Shown here: in pieces, positions 46,364 to 56,641 of the stretch
How positions within the stretch are numbered: the first letter of the stretch is position 1
Layout: the number at the start of each line of letters is the position of its first letter
IMG/VR virus record: IMGVR_UViG_2767802108_000001
Coordinates: 1 to 64,000 of that record
Reading direction: 5' to 3' (one strand)
Length of the DNA: 64,000 bases
Origin: a virus
Taxonomy: Duplodnaviria; Caudoviricetes
The notes under the pieces: generated by a model
The model's input: only the letters and a program-made list of their open reading frames with translations
Told to the model about the DNA's origin: nothing
The model's database searches: none
Translations under genes and position numbers: made by a program

Positions 46364-47253
46364 GTACGCCTGTGGAACTGGTCGACGGGCAGCACGAACT
46401 GGCCGGGGTCCTCATCGGGAAGGGCACCCCGGTCGTCATCGCGGCGATCGAAGGGCTCGGCAGGACGCCGCAGCGGACCGCGGACGTCGAACCCCCGGGC
46501 GAGGACGGCCTGTGGCTGGGCCCGGACCTGTTCAACGGCCGCACCATCAAGATCGACGCCGGGATCAAGACCCCCGGGAACCAGCAGGCCGCCCTCGACA
46601 TCCACGCCCAGCTTCAGGAAGCTGCTGACGACGAAGCCGTCCGCCTGGCCGGCGGGGCCACCACTGACCTGCGGCTGAAGTTCCCCGGCCGGCCGGCACG
46701 CATCGTGCGAGGTCGGATCCGTGATCTGGCCGCTGACCTTACGCAGGCCAAGCACGGCTGGATCCCCCTCGACATTGAGTTCACCGGCCAGGACCAGCTG
46801 TTCTACGACGAGCAGCAGACCACATCGATGCCGCTCGGTGCCCTCACCCGGGGCGGGCTTACTTTCCCCCTCGTGTTCCCGTTCACGATCGAGTACACGG
46901 CCGGAGCCGTCGGCCGGCCCGGGTTCATCGACACGTCCGGGACCGCGCCGACGTGGCCAGTGCTGCGGGTCACCGGACCGTGCGCCAACCCGACGATCAC
47001 GCATGTCGCGTCCGGGCGGACGCTGACCGTCCAAGGCTCGCTGGCTGCGGGGGAGTGGGTGGAGATCGACACCCGTCCCGGCTGGCGGACCGTCCTCCGC
47101 GACAACGGCGGCGGCATGGCGCTCACCCCGCAGTCCCGTATCGACCTGTTCCGTCTCGACCCGGGCCTGAACGAAATCCACTGGCGCGCGACCGACCCGA
47201 CCCTGACCAGTTCTCTCGCCGTCACCTGGTGGCCGGCGTACAAGGCCCTGTGA
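46360..47253 (+). CDS. Distal tail (Dit) protein
   Basis: GLTFPLVFPF, WPVLRVTGPCANP, IDTRP, LDPGLNEI. Confidence 0.8.
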   Translation: MSTPVELVDGQHELAGVLIGKGTPVVIAAIEGLGRTPQRTADVEPPGEDGLWLGPDLFNGRTIKIDAGIKTPGNQQAALDIHAQLQEAADDEAVRLAGGATTDLRLKFPGRPARIVRGRIRDLAADLTQAKHGWIPLDIEFTGQDQLFYDEQQTTSMPLGALTRGGLTFPLVFPFTIEYTAGAVGRPGFIDTSGTAPTWPVLRVTGPCANPTITHVASGRTLTVQGSLAAGEWVEIDTRPGWRTVLRDNGGGMALTPQSRIDLFRLDPGLNEIHWRATDPTLTSSLAVTWWPAYKAL

Positions 47254-47260
47254 GGATCTG

Positions 47261-48214
47261 ATGGCACTCGTACCTGTTCCGATCGCTACGCGGGGTGCGG
47301 AGCATTCCGCGCAGCAGTTCCGCATGATGATCAAAGACCTGGCGCGGGACAACCAGGGCGTGACCACGGGCTCCGACCTCAAGGTTACGGCCCTGTCGAC
47401 GCCGGGGGCCGGCGTGCAGATCGGCGATGGCTCGGCGGTCATCGCGGGCAAGGTCTCCCCGGTACAGGGCTTCTACAACGCGTACAACATCGGCTCCGAC
47501 ACCGAGGACGTCGCCGCGACCGGCGCTACGGGCCGTTCCGACATGCTGGTGCTGCGCGTGGAGGACCCCGAGTACGAGGGCGACCGCGATCCGGCCGTGG
47601 ATCCGATTGTGTTCTTCGAGGTCATCGGCAACGTGTCCTCCAGCGCGACCACCGTCCCCGCCGGATACTCCGCGATCCCGCTGGCCAGGATCGACATACC
47701 GGCGTCCACGGCCACCATCACCAACGCCATGATCAAGGATCTGCGGCAGGTTGCCAACCCCCGCCGTGACCGGGTCCTCACCCCCTACTACCAGCCCGGC
47801 GGACCGGTCATCGAGATCTCCGGGACGTCCAGCACCTACAAGACGCACCCCAACGTCACCCTCGCCACCCTCGCCATCCCCTCCTGGGCAGCCACCGCGA
47901 AGGTCATCTTCTCCGTGAACGGGCTCCGTCTCGCAACCGGCGACGTGTTCGGCGCGTTCCGGTTCAAGCTCGGCAGCGTAGAGGCGTCCCAGGAAGTCTT
48001 CATCGACGACAACCAGGGCGCGGTCGTCCGCCGCATCAACGTGGAGATGGTCGAGACGATCGACCTCACCACCACGCCCGGGGCGGCGATGCGCGGCACC
48101 AATCAGCCGATCGTGTCCCGCATGCGCACAGACCCGCTGAACGACGGCACGATCGGGGTGGACTCCCGCACCACCTTCAAGATCGACGTGGAGTTCCTTG
48201 AGGGACGGCTGTAG
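47261..48214 (+). CDS. Minor tail protein
   Basis: RSDMLVLRVEDPEY...IPLARIDIPA...ITNAMIKDLR. Confidence 0.8.
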   Translation: MALVPVPIATRGAEHSAQQFRMMIKDLARDNQGVTTGSDLKVTALSTPGAGVQIGDGSAVIAGKVSPVQGFYNAYNIGSDTEDVAATGATGRSDMLVLRVEDPEYEGDRDPAVDPIVFFEVIGNVSSSATTVPAGYSAIPLARIDIPASTATITNAMIKDLRQVANPRRDRVLTPYYQPGGPVIEISGTSSTYKTHPNVTLATLAIPSWAATAKVIFSVNGLRLATGDVFGAFRFKLGSVEASQEVFIDDNQGAVVRRINVEMVETIDLTTTPGAAMRGTNQPIVSRMRTDPLNDGTIGVDSRTTFKIDVEFLEGRL

Positions 48215-49305
48215 TGGGCCGCTGGCGGTTCTGGACCCAGCACGCCCTCACTGGCGCCCAACTCCACCCCGACCTGCCCCTGGCCAAGGCCGAGTTCGGG
48301 AACGAGCTCAACGGGCCCGGCCAGCTGCGGGGTACGCTCACGCCGCGGTTCGTGAAGGCCAACGTGGCCTCGCTGATTCCCGGCAAGGCTGTCATCTACG
48401 CGGAGGCCGACGGCTACCTGCGGTGGGGCGGCCTGATCTGGGACGTCACCGTCCAGGACGGCGAATTCGAGATCGAGGCCGCGTCCTGGTCGTCGTACCT
48501 GACGAAACGCCACGACACCCACGGGGAGCTGGCCGGCCGTGGCCCGTACGTGAACACCGATCCGTGCAAAATCATCCGGGATGTGTGGGCGTACGCCCAG
48601 TCCCAGCCCGACGGCAACCTGGGCGTGGTCGTCGACTCCACCGTCTCGAAGATCACGGTGGGGACATCCAAGGAGCCGTGGCACTCGTACTGGTACGAGA
48701 ACACCGCACTCAGCGACCACCTCGACGACCTCGTCTCTGAGGAGGGCGCACCCCAGTACACGAACACGTGCCGCTACCTCGGTAACGGGGTGGAGAAGCG
48801 CCTCAAGCTGGGCTATCCGCGGCTGGGTGCTCGCCGCACCGACATCGCCTTCCGCACGGGCGTGAACATCATCGACGCCGTTCCCGTTACCTACTCCGGT
48901 GACGACTTCGCGAACGTCGTCATCGCTACCGGCTCCGGTGAGGGAACTGCCACCCGTCGGGCGGAAGCCCCGTCCCGGGACGGCGGGCTGCGCATGGAGA
49001 CGATCCTCGCCCTGGCCACCGTCAACGGCAACGACGTCCTCGGCCGGCGTGCAGCTGCGGAACTGAAACGTCGCAAGGTCATGGGCCAGGTTGAGTCGGT
49101 CACCATCCGGCACCATCCGAACGCTCCGCTGGGGTCGTGGCAGATCGGTGACGACGTGCAGGTGACGGTCAACAACCAGTGGACCAGTTGGTCGGGCTGG
49201 TGCCGGATTCTGGCCGATTCCTACCGGCCCACCGAATCCCCAGATCAGGCGGTGCTCACCCTGGCCCGCGCTGACTCCTTCCACTACGGCCCCGCGGAGG
49301 CATGA
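48214..49305 (+). CDS. Baseplate hub / minor tail protein (ReqiPepy6 Gp37-like)
   Basis: LNGPGQL, WGGLIW, LGYPRLG, WQIGDDV. Confidence 0.8.
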   Translation: MGRWRFWTQHALTGAQLHPDLPLAKAEFGNELNGPGQLRGTLTPRFVKANVASLIPGKAVIYAEADGYLRWGGLIWDVTVQDGEFEIEAASWSSYLTKRHDTHGELAGRGPYVNTDPCKIIRDVWAYAQSQPDGNLGVVVDSTVSKITVGTSKEPWHSYWYENTALSDHLDDLVSEEGAPQYTNTCRYLGNGVEKRLKLGYPRLGARRTDIAFRTGVNIIDAVPVTYSGDDFANVVIATGSGEGTATRRAEAPSRDGGLRMETILALATVNGNDVLGRRAAAELKRRKVMGQVESVTIRHHPNAPLGSWQIGDDVQVTVNNQWTSWSGWCRILADSYRPTESPDQAVLTLARADSFHYGPAEA

Positions 49306-51794
49306 CCATGGCCCGAGATCTGACCAGTGAAGTCGCCCGTCTCCGGCAGGAACTCAAGGAGGCCAAGCGGGGGCAGCGGTACGCGCACGGCGGCAGCATC
49401 GAAGACAGCGCCCTCGAGGTGAAGGACGACACGGGGAGCCTCCGTGCGATCGTCGGCGTGCAGAGTGACGGCACGACCGCGGTGAACATCGTCAACGGGC
49501 CCCCACCACCAGCCCCGACACCGCCGATCCTGGGGTCTGTCCTGGGCGGGATCACCGTCTCCTGGAACGGTCAGTTCGCGGACGGTGCGATACCCCCGCT
49601 GGACTGGCAGCGCGTCGAAGTTCACGCCTCCACCACCAGCGGCTTCACCCCGTCGCTGGAGACGCTGCGGACGACGTTCGAGACGCCGCAGGGCGGCACA
49701 GTCGTCGTGCCGTGCGAGGAGCCCGTGTACGTCCTCCTCGTCGCCCGGAACACGTCCGGGACCGCGTCCACGCCGACCGCGCAGGCCGGGCCGCTGGGTC
49801 CTGCGCCGGTCGTAGCGACGGACATCCTGGACGGCATCGTCACCACGGTGAAACTCGCGGAGGGCGCCGTCACCGAAGCGAAGATCGCCGCCGATGCGGT
49901 CGGCACGGTCGCCCTACAGGAGTCCGCGGTCCTCGCGGAGAACCTCGCGGACGCCGCCGTGGAGGTCGGGAAGATCGCAGACAATGCGGTGACCGGCCCG
50001 GCGATCGCCTCCGAAGCCGTCACCGCGGGGAAGCTCGCCGCGAACTCGGTGGTGGCAGGGAACATTCAGGCGGGGGCGGTCACGTCGGCGACGGTCGCTG
50101 CCGGGGCGATCACCACGGACAAGCTGACCGTGACCGGCGGCGCCAACGTCCTCACCGACCCCAGCTTCGAGGGCGCCTACACGGCGTCCATCCTGGCCGG
50201 ACTCTCCTACGCCAGCCAGGACACCACCAGGGGCAACGGGTCACCCACCTCCCTAAAGATCGATGCCACGGCGGGAAGTGCCACCAACCGGGCCGTGTCC
50301 ATCACCGCGATTCCGGTACTGCCCGGCGACCAGCTGAACATCGGCATCGACTACTGGGTGGAGACCGCGTGGGCGGGCTCGGGTGTCAACGTTCACATCC
50401 GGTGGGAGACCGCTGCTGGTGGGATCGTGTCGTACGGCATCGCCGCGTCGGGTGGATCCCCGGTGCGGAATGCGTGGACCAGGCTGTCGGGCACGTACAC
50501 GGCCCCGGCAACGGCGACGGTGGCCCGGCTGCGGATCGAATCGTCCGGGGGTACGGCGGGCGCGGTGTGGTTCGACAATGCGTCGCTGCGGCCGGTGCTG
50601 GGCGGTACGCAGATCCAGGACGGGGCGGTCACTACTCAGAAGCTGGTCGCGGCTGCCGTGCAGGCGTTGCAGATCGATGCTGGGGCGGTCAATGCCGACA
50701 AGATCGCATCGGGTGCGGTGACGACCGCAAAACTGGACGCGCTCGCCGTCACCGCAGACAAGATCGCTGCGAATGCCATCACTGTCGGGAAGATCGCCGC
50801 CGGGGCCGTGGACGCCACCGCCATCGCCGCCGACGCCATCACCGGTAAGACCATCACCGGCGGCATCATCAACGGCGCCGTGATCCAGACCGCCGACAGT
50901 GGCGAACGGATCACCCTCAACGAAGCCGACGAGAACATGATCCTCGTCTACAACGACACCGAAAGCATCGGTGAACTTTCCGTCCGCGGTCTCCTCGTCA
51001 AAGGAACCGGCGGTGCCATCATGTGGCTCGACCCCAGCGCCGTCCTCCCACAGCTGCGGTTCCTCAACTCCGCTGGCACCAACTCCGTGTACATCCAGAT
51101 GGCCGAAGCCACCCCCGGCGATGCCAACCTCCAGATCGTTGCCGGATCCTTCGCCGGTGACGGCTTCACCGACCGCACCTGGCGCACGTACATGGGTAAC
51201 GACCTGGCCGTCATCGAACGCATCCGCCGCACCTCGGCGTCCAGCCACCGCGGCGGCCGCATGAACCTCCGCGCGGACTACGCCGAGATCGGCTACATGG
51301 ACTCTGCTGTCGCAGCAGACGCCGGGTACTTCCTGCACCAGCCCGGAGTGATCACCAGCAAGGGCCGTCACCGGGTGGAACCGCAGGCGGCAAGCAGCGA
51401 AAGCGCCCTCCATGTGACCGCACAGACTGGACACACCGGAAACCTGCTGCGCCTGGCCCGGGACACGGACAAGGTCACCGTCGACAAGGACGGCAACACG
51501 GTGATCGCCGGGATGATGACTGCCGGGAACATCGTCACCGGCACCACCACCATCACCCCCTCCGCTGCCAGCACCCCAACCAGCGCGTCCGTCAGCTTTA
51601 CCGCACTGAAGGGCACCACGTTCCGCGGCTACGCCACCGCGTCAACCACTGTGCCCGGCGTCCGTACTCCCGTCGGCGCCCAGGGCGTCACCGGAGTCAG
51701 CGTGTCCTCTGTGACGTCCAGCAGCATGCTCGTCTGGGTCAACCGCGAGAACACCACAGCAACCGTTATCAACTGGATGGTGATCGGATCATGA
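49302..51794 (+). CDS. Tail fiber / receptor-binding protein with carbohydrate-binding module
   Basis: AVTxxKIA repeats; NVLTDPSFE...VWFDNASL CBM-like domain; C-terminal H-lectin-like strand. Confidence 0.85.
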   Translation: MTMARDLTSEVARLRQELKEAKRGQRYAHGGSIEDSALEVKDDTGSLRAIVGVQSDGTTAVNIVNGPPPPAPTPPILGSVLGGITVSWNGQFADGAIPPLDWQRVEVHASTTSGFTPSLETLRTTFETPQGGTVVVPCEEPVYVLLVARNTSGTASTPTAQAGPLGPAPVVATDILDGIVTTVKLAEGAVTEAKIAADAVGTVALQESAVLAENLADAAVEVGKIADNAVTGPAIASEAVTAGKLAANSVVAGNIQAGAVTSATVAAGAITTDKLTVTGGANVLTDPSFEGAYTASILAGLSYASQDTTRGNGSPTSLKIDATAGSATNRAVSITAIPVLPGDQLNIGIDYWVETAWAGSGVNVHIRWETAAGGIVSYGIAASGGSPVRNAWTRLSGTYTAPATATVARLRIESSGGTAGAVWFDNASLRPVLGGTQIQDGAVTTQKLVAAAVQALQIDAGAVNADKIASGAVTTAKLDALAVTADKIAANAITVGKIAAGAVDATAIAADAITGKTITGGIINGAVIQTADSGERITLNEADENMILVYNDTESIGELSVRGLLVKGTGGAIMWLDPSAVLPQLRFLNSAGTNSVYIQMAEATPGDANLQIVAGSFAGDGFTDRTWRTYMGNDLAVIERIRRTSASSHRGGRMNLRADYAEIGYMDSAVAADAGYFLHQPGVITSKGRHRVEPQAASSESALHVTAQTGHTGNLLRLARDTDKVTVDKDGNTVIAGMMTAGNIVTGTTTITPSAASTPTSASVSFTALKGTTFRGYATASTTVPGVRTPVGAQGVTGVSVSSVTSSSMLVWVNRENTTATVINWMVIGS

Positions 51795-52156
51795 GCGAAA
51801 CCGCGCCCGCTCCGCAGACCGAAGCGACCCAGGCAGAAGAACCGCCTCCGCCGCCTGTGGAGGACCCGCCCCCGCCGCCCGTGGAGGAGCCGCCGTCGGA
51901 GCCGCCGCCCACCCCGGATCCCGTTCCGGAGCCGGACGTCATCAACTGGGAACCGCAGACCTGGTACTCGATCACCTCCGCGTGCGTCACGCCCGGCTGC
52001 CCGCAGGAGAACGTGATCGTCGCGATCCCGATGTTCTACTCCAACAACGGCGAGCTGAAGTACATCAGGGTGGTGTGCGGCGCGGACGGCTGCTGCGGCA
52101 AGGACTGCCGAATCCTCACCGCCGACAAGCTCGACCCGCAGCCGATCGAGGAATAG
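51791..52156 (+). CDS. Pro-rich Cys-containing protein (tail fiber associated)
   Basis: Coupled to the fiber gene. Confidence 0.6.
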   Translation: MSETAPAPQTEATQAEEPPPPPVEDPPPPPVEEPPSEPPPTPDPVPEPDVINWEPQTWYSITSACVTPGCPQENVIVAIPMFYSNNGELKYIRVVCGADGCCGKDCRILTADKLDPQPIEE

Positions 52157-52316
52157 ACCGTCCGGGGCGGCCGGGGGAACGACTCACCCGGCCGCCCCTA
52201 CCCTGATCAAAGAGGGCGACCCTCCGCCCGCCTGCACCACCCTCCGAGGGACGGCCACACCACAGTGGCCCGCCATACCCTTCCACCTGGGCGCGGGGAG
52301 TTCAGGAGTACGGGCA

Positions 52317-52706
52317 ATGCCCGACCCGAAGCAGCACGACGAGACGGCTGCCCGTAAGAAGACCGACAGCCCGTCCGACGCCACCCCGGCCCCAGCCCCC
52401 GCACCGGTAGAGCCCGCCGCGGACACCAGCGGCCAGTACGAGCCCTACCCCGGCCGGGAGTTCTTCCACGGCGGCCGTTACAGCCCCATCAACGCCGCGG
52501 CCGGCGCGCGCCTCACCCGCGAAGGCCACGCCCCCGCAGGCAAGACCCTCGGCCCGGACTGGACGACCGCCCACCGCGACGCCTGGAAGTCCTACCAGGA
52601 GTCCCTGCGACCCAAGGGCGGCGGCGACACCAGCGGTATCCCCGACGAGACCGCCTGGAACCGGCTTCAGGTACCGCGCGTCAGCCCCGCCCCCAAGGAG
52701 TCCTGA
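52317..52706 (+). CDS. Stand-alone peptidoglycan-binding domain protein
   Basis: YEPYPGREFF..GR.SP...GPDWT...GIPDETAWNRLQVP. Confidence 0.75.
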   Translation: MPDPKQHDETAARKKTDSPSDATPAPAPAPVEPAADTSGQYEPYPGREFFHGGRYSPINAAAGARLTREGHAPAGKTLGPDWTTAHRDAWKSYQESLRPKGGGDTSGIPDETAWNRLQVPRVSPAPKES

Positions 52707-53605
52707 TGGCCACACCCCTGTCCGCGAGCGCTCTCCTCGCCGCCCTCAAAGCGGAAGGCTGCCAGGTCGTCGAGTACCGCGACTGGCGCACCCACAACCG
52801 CAACCACAAGGGCGCATGGGGCCCGGTCCACGGCGTCGTCATCCACCACACCGTCTCCTCCGGAGAGGACTCCTCCGTCGCCCTCTGCTACGACGGCCAC
52901 GCCGACCTGCCGGGCCCGCTGTGCCACACCGTCGGCGGGAAGTCCGGGAAGCTGTACATGGTCGGCCACGGCCGCGCCAACCACGCCGGATCCGGCGACG
53001 GTGACGTCCTCCAGGCCGTCATCGACGAGCGCGCGCTGCCCGCCGACAACGAGGCGAACACCGACGGCAACGCCCGCTTCTACGGAATCGAGATCGTCAA
53101 CCTCGGCAACGGCAAGGACACCTATCCGGCCGTGCAGTATGACGCCGCGGTCCGGTGGGCGGCAGCGATCTGCCGCGCCCACGGCTGGGGTGCCGCGTCC
53201 GTCATCGGCCACAAGGAGTGGCAGCCCGGAAAGATCGACCCGGCCGGGCCGGTCGAAGGCCGCGGTGACTTCTCCATGGACCGTTTCCGCGCCGACGTCG
53301 GCGAACGCCTCACCCATCCCGCTTCGTGGAGCGCCGGCTCCTCTAGCACCAAGCCACCCGCACAGGAGGAGGACCCCATGGCGGGGTACAGCAAGGCCGA
53401 CATCGGCGACGCCGTAATCCACCGGGACAACATCCCCGCACCGAAGTCCGCCCCGGACAAGGCCAAGAACACCAAGTGGACGCTGTCCAGCTACGTCCAG
53501 TCGATCTACAACACGGTCGTCGGCCTGCCCGGCGACGTCTCCGCGCTCCGAAAGGACGTCGCCGCGCTCCGCGCCGACGTCGCAGCCCTCAAGAAGGAGT
53601 CCTGA
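52706..53605 (+). CDS. Endolysin, N-acetylmuramoyl-L-alanine amidase (Amidase_2)
   Basis: VVIHHT, ANHAG, YGIEIVN, IGHKEW..GKIDP. Confidence 0.93.
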   Translation: MATPLSASALLAALKAEGCQVVEYRDWRTHNRNHKGAWGPVHGVVIHHTVSSGEDSSVALCYDGHADLPGPLCHTVGGKSGKLYMVGHGRANHAGSGDGDVLQAVIDERALPADNEANTDGNARFYGIEIVNLGNGKDTYPAVQYDAAVRWAAAICRAHGWGAASVIGHKEWQPGKIDPAGPVEGRGDFSMDRFRADVGERLTHPASWSAGSSSTKPPAQEEDPMAGYSKADIGDAVIHRDNIPAPKSAPDKAKNTKWTLSSYVQSIYNTVVGLPGDVSALRKDVAALRADVAALKKES

Positions 53606-53607
53606 TC

Positions 53608-53994
53608 GTGAAGATCCTCGGGCGTGAGCCCGTCTACCTGCTGGCCTTCGCCGCCATCGCTCTGAAGCTGGCGTCGGCCTACGGCCTGGACGTCTCCGAC
53701 GACCAGCAGACCGCCATCATGGCCGTCCTGTCCTGCATCGTCGCCCTCGCCACCGCGATCGTCCTCAAGACCGGCGCCGCCGCAGCGGCCATCGTCAACC
53801 TCGCCCAAGCTGGACTCGCCCTGTTCCTCGGCTTCGGCCTCGACATGAGCGCAGAACAGCAGGCCCTATGGATGCTCTTCGTGGAGGGCGCCGTCGCCAT
53901 CTTCCTCCGCAAGGAGGTCACCGCCCCCGTCCCCGCCGTGAGCCTGGAGACGTCAAGCCCCCTCGCCAAGCAGCACGACCCGACCGCCGTCTGA
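53608..53994 (+). CDS. Holin
   Basis: KILGREP start, multiple TMs, R.EVTAPV; follows the endolysin. Confidence 0.8.
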   Translation: MKILGREPVYLLAFAAIALKLASAYGLDVSDDQQTAIMAVLSCIVALATAIVLKTGAAAAAIVNLAQAGLALFLGFGLDMSAEQQALWMLFVEGAVAIFLRKEVTAPVPAVSLETSSPLAKQHDPTAV

Positions 53995-54072
53995 CCATGC
54001 CCACACGGTACGCAGGGGCCGACTGGCAGCGGCACCCGCGTACCCCACCCCCCACACATAAGGAGCAGCGAG

Positions 54073-54408
54073 GTGAATGACCTGTCGGCCGTCAGCGTCC
54101 TACTGCCAGGCGGGGCCGGGGCAATCGTCACCCTCATCGTGCTGCTCATCCTCCGCGGGAGCCTCGTCGCCCGAGCGGTCCTCGAAGACGTACGGAAGGA
54201 CCGTGACGCCCGCGTCGCCGAGCTGGCGAAAGAGCGGGACATGTGGCGTGAGGCCCACCGTGAGAGCGAAGCCGCACGCATCGAAGCGCAGAGCCAGGTC
54301 GGTGAACTCCTCGAGCTGTCGAGGGTCGCCGACCACGTTCTGCGTGCCATACGAGGGGAGGTGCCCGGGGATGCGATGGATCCGTCGGTTGCTGCGCCGC
54401 CGTCCTGA
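54073..54408 (+). CDS. Membrane protein with coiled coil (lysis cassette)
   Basis: One TM, LRGSLV, ERDMWREAH. Confidence 0.75.
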   Translation: MNDLSAVSVLLPGGAGAIVTLIVLLILRGSLVARAVLEDVRKDRDARVAELAKERDMWREAHRESEAARIEAQSQVGELLELSRVADHVLRAIRGEVPGDAMDPSVAAPPS

Positions 54409-54616
54409 GCCCGCCCCGCAGCGCCCGGACGAGGCCGGAAAGACACGCGGGCAGAGGGAAGCCGAATCGGCGCTGTCCCGTGCCCGGAAGGCCCGCCGGG
54501 CGGTGGAAGCGCACCGTCCCGCTGTCGCCCGCGTCGCCGAGCGTTTGGCGAGCGAGCGGGAACGCAATCACTTCGCGGAAATCTTCCGCGACGCCTTTGA
54601 GGGAGGGCACCGCTGA
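54371..54616 (+). CDS. Small basic protein of the lysis cassette
   Basis: MRWIRRLL...RERNHFAEIF. Confidence 0.65.
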   Translation: MRWIRRLLRRRPEPAPQRPDEAGKTRGQREAESALSRARKARRAVEAHRPAVARVAERLASERERNHFAEIFRDAFEGGHR

Positions 54617-54960
54617 TGGACTGCGCGCAGTTCGCAAACCTTGCAGCCTCGAGCCTGGTCGCCCTGTGCAGTTTCGCGTTCGGGATCGTGTACAGCCGGT
54701 GCGCGCCGTGGCGGTCGACTGCGGTGGGCCGGCACATCATGTTGTTCACGCTGACGATCGGCGCGCTGGGCGCGTACACGGTTGCGATCACCGTGTGGGA
54801 TCACGGGGCGCCGGCCGTGGTGCTGCGGTCGACCCGAACGTTGCTGCTGCTGGTCGTGGCCGGTCTGGTGGTGCAGCGGACCCGAATGGTCGTCCGGGCT
54901 CAGCACCGGCGGGCTCTGCATGATGCTGTTCAGGATCCGTCGGGGCCGCCTTCTGTCTGA
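54616..54960 (+). CDS. Holin-like 3-TM membrane protein
   Basis: Y...APWRST.VGRHIM motif. Confidence 0.7.
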   Translation: MDCAQFANLAASSLVALCSFAFGIVYSRCAPWRSTAVGRHIMLFTLTIGALGAYTVAITVWDHGAPAVVLRSTRTLLLLVVAGLVVQRTRMVVRAQHRRALHDAVQDPSGPPSV

Positions 54961-54978
54961 ACTGGTGTGCGAACCGGG

Positions 54979-55707
54979 TCAGGGGGCGATGCGGCCGTTG
55001 GCGTTGAACGCGGCGTGGGTGAGGGGCATCAGCTTTGCCCACTCGGCTTCCATGGCCTCGCCGACCATCTCAATCTCGCGTTGGGGGTACGACGCCACTG
55101 CGGCGTCGGGGTGGGTGGTGCGCAACCCCAGGAAGTGCATCAGCGACCGCGCGTTGCAGGTGGCGTACATCGACGAGTACAGGCCGACGGGGAGCACCGC
55201 GCGGGCCACCTCGCGGGCGACGCCCTCCGCCAGCATCTGTTGGTAGGCCTCGTAGGCGAGACGGTAGGAGTCCTGCAGTGTCTTCTGAGTGACCCAGAGC
55301 TGATGCTTGGTGCCCTCGACGATTTTGTACCGTCCCGGACGGCCTTTCTGCACCAGGTTCCGGTACATGTTGGGGACGTAGAAGACCGGCTCCAGCTCTC
55401 GGTAGCGACCGGACTCCTCGTTGTAGGACCAGCCGACGCGGTGCCGCATGAACTCCCGGAACACGAAGATCGGGGCGCTGATCAGGAACGTCATCGACGT
55501 GTGCTCGAAGGGCGAGCCGTGGCGCTCCCGCACCAGGTAGTTGATGAGCCCCTTCGACCGCTCGGGGTCCTTGCCGATCTCGTCGATGGACTGCTCGCCG
55601 AGGGTGGAGACGCGGGCGGCGAAGAGAACGTCGGCGTCGGACGCGGTCTGCTTGACCAGCTGCACGGTGACGTTGCTGCGGAAGACGGGCTGGAGGGGTT
55701 CGGGCAT
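54979..55707 (-). CDS. thyX: FAD-dependent thymidylate synthase
   Basis: HGSPFEH, RHRVGWSYNEESGRY, REVARAVLP, NARSLMHFLGLR. Confidence 0.97.
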   Translation of the reverse strand: MPEPLQPVFRSNVTVQLVKQTASDADVLFAARVSTLGEQSIDEIGKDPERSKGLINYLVRERHGSPFEHTSMTFLISAPIFVFREFMRHRVGWSYNEESGRYRELEPVFYVPNMYRNLVQKGRPGRYKIVEGTKHQLWVTQKTLQDSYRLAYEAYQQMLAEGVAREVARAVLPVGLYSSMYATCNARSLMHFLGLRTTHPDAAVASYPQREIEMVGEAMEAEWAKLMPLTHAAFNANGRIAP

Positions 55708-55801
55708 GGGGAAGGGCTCCGATCGCGGGGGAGGGGCGGTGTGACCAGTCTCCCGCCGTCACGCCCCGGTGTTCCCTCTGCCCGGTCGTAGGGTGGCGGG
55801 C

Positions 55802-55993
55802 ATGAGCACGATCTCCGACAGACCGGTCCCTCCAGCCCCTGAGTGCGCGCCGTCGCAGGTGGGGCCGTGTCGTGGCTGTCAGCATCCGACGCACCGGTAT
55901 GGGCTGGGCGGGAACCCTCTGTGCGTGGTGTGCACGCGGGCCCTGGAGGGCCGGCGGGCCAGCGTGGGGAAGGCGTCGGCGGGACGGCCGTAG
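55802..55993 (+). CDS. Small zinc-finger protein
   Basis: GPCRGC..PTHRYG.GGNPLCVVC; TAGGGT -10, leaderless. Confidence 0.6.
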   Translation: MSTISDRPVPPAPECAPSQVGPCRGCQHPTHRYGLGGNPLCVVCTRALEGRRASVGKASAGRP

Positions 55994-56002
55994 CCTCCTG
56001 GT

Positions 56003-56584
56003 GTGCTCCTTTCCGACCTGCACCTCCGTGAAGCGATAGCCGACGGCCGGCTCGGTATCGACCCGTTCGACGAGTCGATGCTTCAGCCCGCGTCGATCGA
56101 CGTCCGCCTGGACGCCGCGTTCCGGGTGTTCGAGAGTCACCGGCATGACTGCATCGACCCCTCGGTGCAGCAGGACGATCTGACGCGGCTGGTGGAGGTG
56201 CTGCCGGGTGAGGCGTTCGTGTTGCACCCGGGGGAGTTCGTGTTGGGGTCGACGTTGGAGCGGGTGTCGCTGCCGGACACGTTGGCGGCCCGCTTGGAGG
56301 GGAAGTCGTCGCTGGGCAGGCTGGGGCTGATCACGCATTCCACGGCGGGGTTCATCGACCCCGGGTTCGAGGGGCACGTCACCCTGGAGCTCAGCAATCT
56401 GGCGACCTTGCCGATCAAGCTGTGGCCGGGGATGAAGATCGGACAGATCTGCGTGTTCCAGCTCAGCTCCCCGTCGGAGCATCCGTACGGGAGCGCGGTG
56501 CGCGGGTCCCGGTATCAGGGGCAGCGCGGGCCGACCGCCTCCCGCTCCTGGCAGAACTTCCACCGGTCAGCGTTGCCTGGGTAG
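56003..56584 (+). CDS. dcd: dCTP deaminase
   Basis: [45 protein letters not shown]. Confidence 0.96.
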   Translation: MLLSDLHLREAIADGRLGIDPFDESMLQPASIDVRLDAAFRVFESHRHDCIDPSVQQDDLTRLVEVLPGEAFVLHPGEFVLGSTLERVSLPDTLAARLEGKSSLGRLGLITHSTAGFIDPGFEGHVTLELSNLATLPIKLWPGMKIGQICVFQLSSPSEHPYGSAVRGSRYQGQRGPTASRSWQNFHRSALPG

Positions 56585-56591
56585 GGTGCGG

Positions 56592-56636
56592 GCATGATGG
56601 TGCCCGCCTGCTTTCCTCAGGCGGGCACCATCATGC
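56592..56636. terminator. Bidirectional hairpin closing cassette array 2
   Basis: Perfect 19-bp stem, loop ctttcct; 23-bp core identical to 1211-1233. Confidence 0.85.
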
Positions 56637-56641
56637 GTGGG

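Noticed and set aside
49800-50900. Repeats in the tail fiber as a diversity-generating retroelement
   Set aside because: These are ordinary AVTxxKIA protein repeats; no reverse transcriptase or TR/VR pair was seen.
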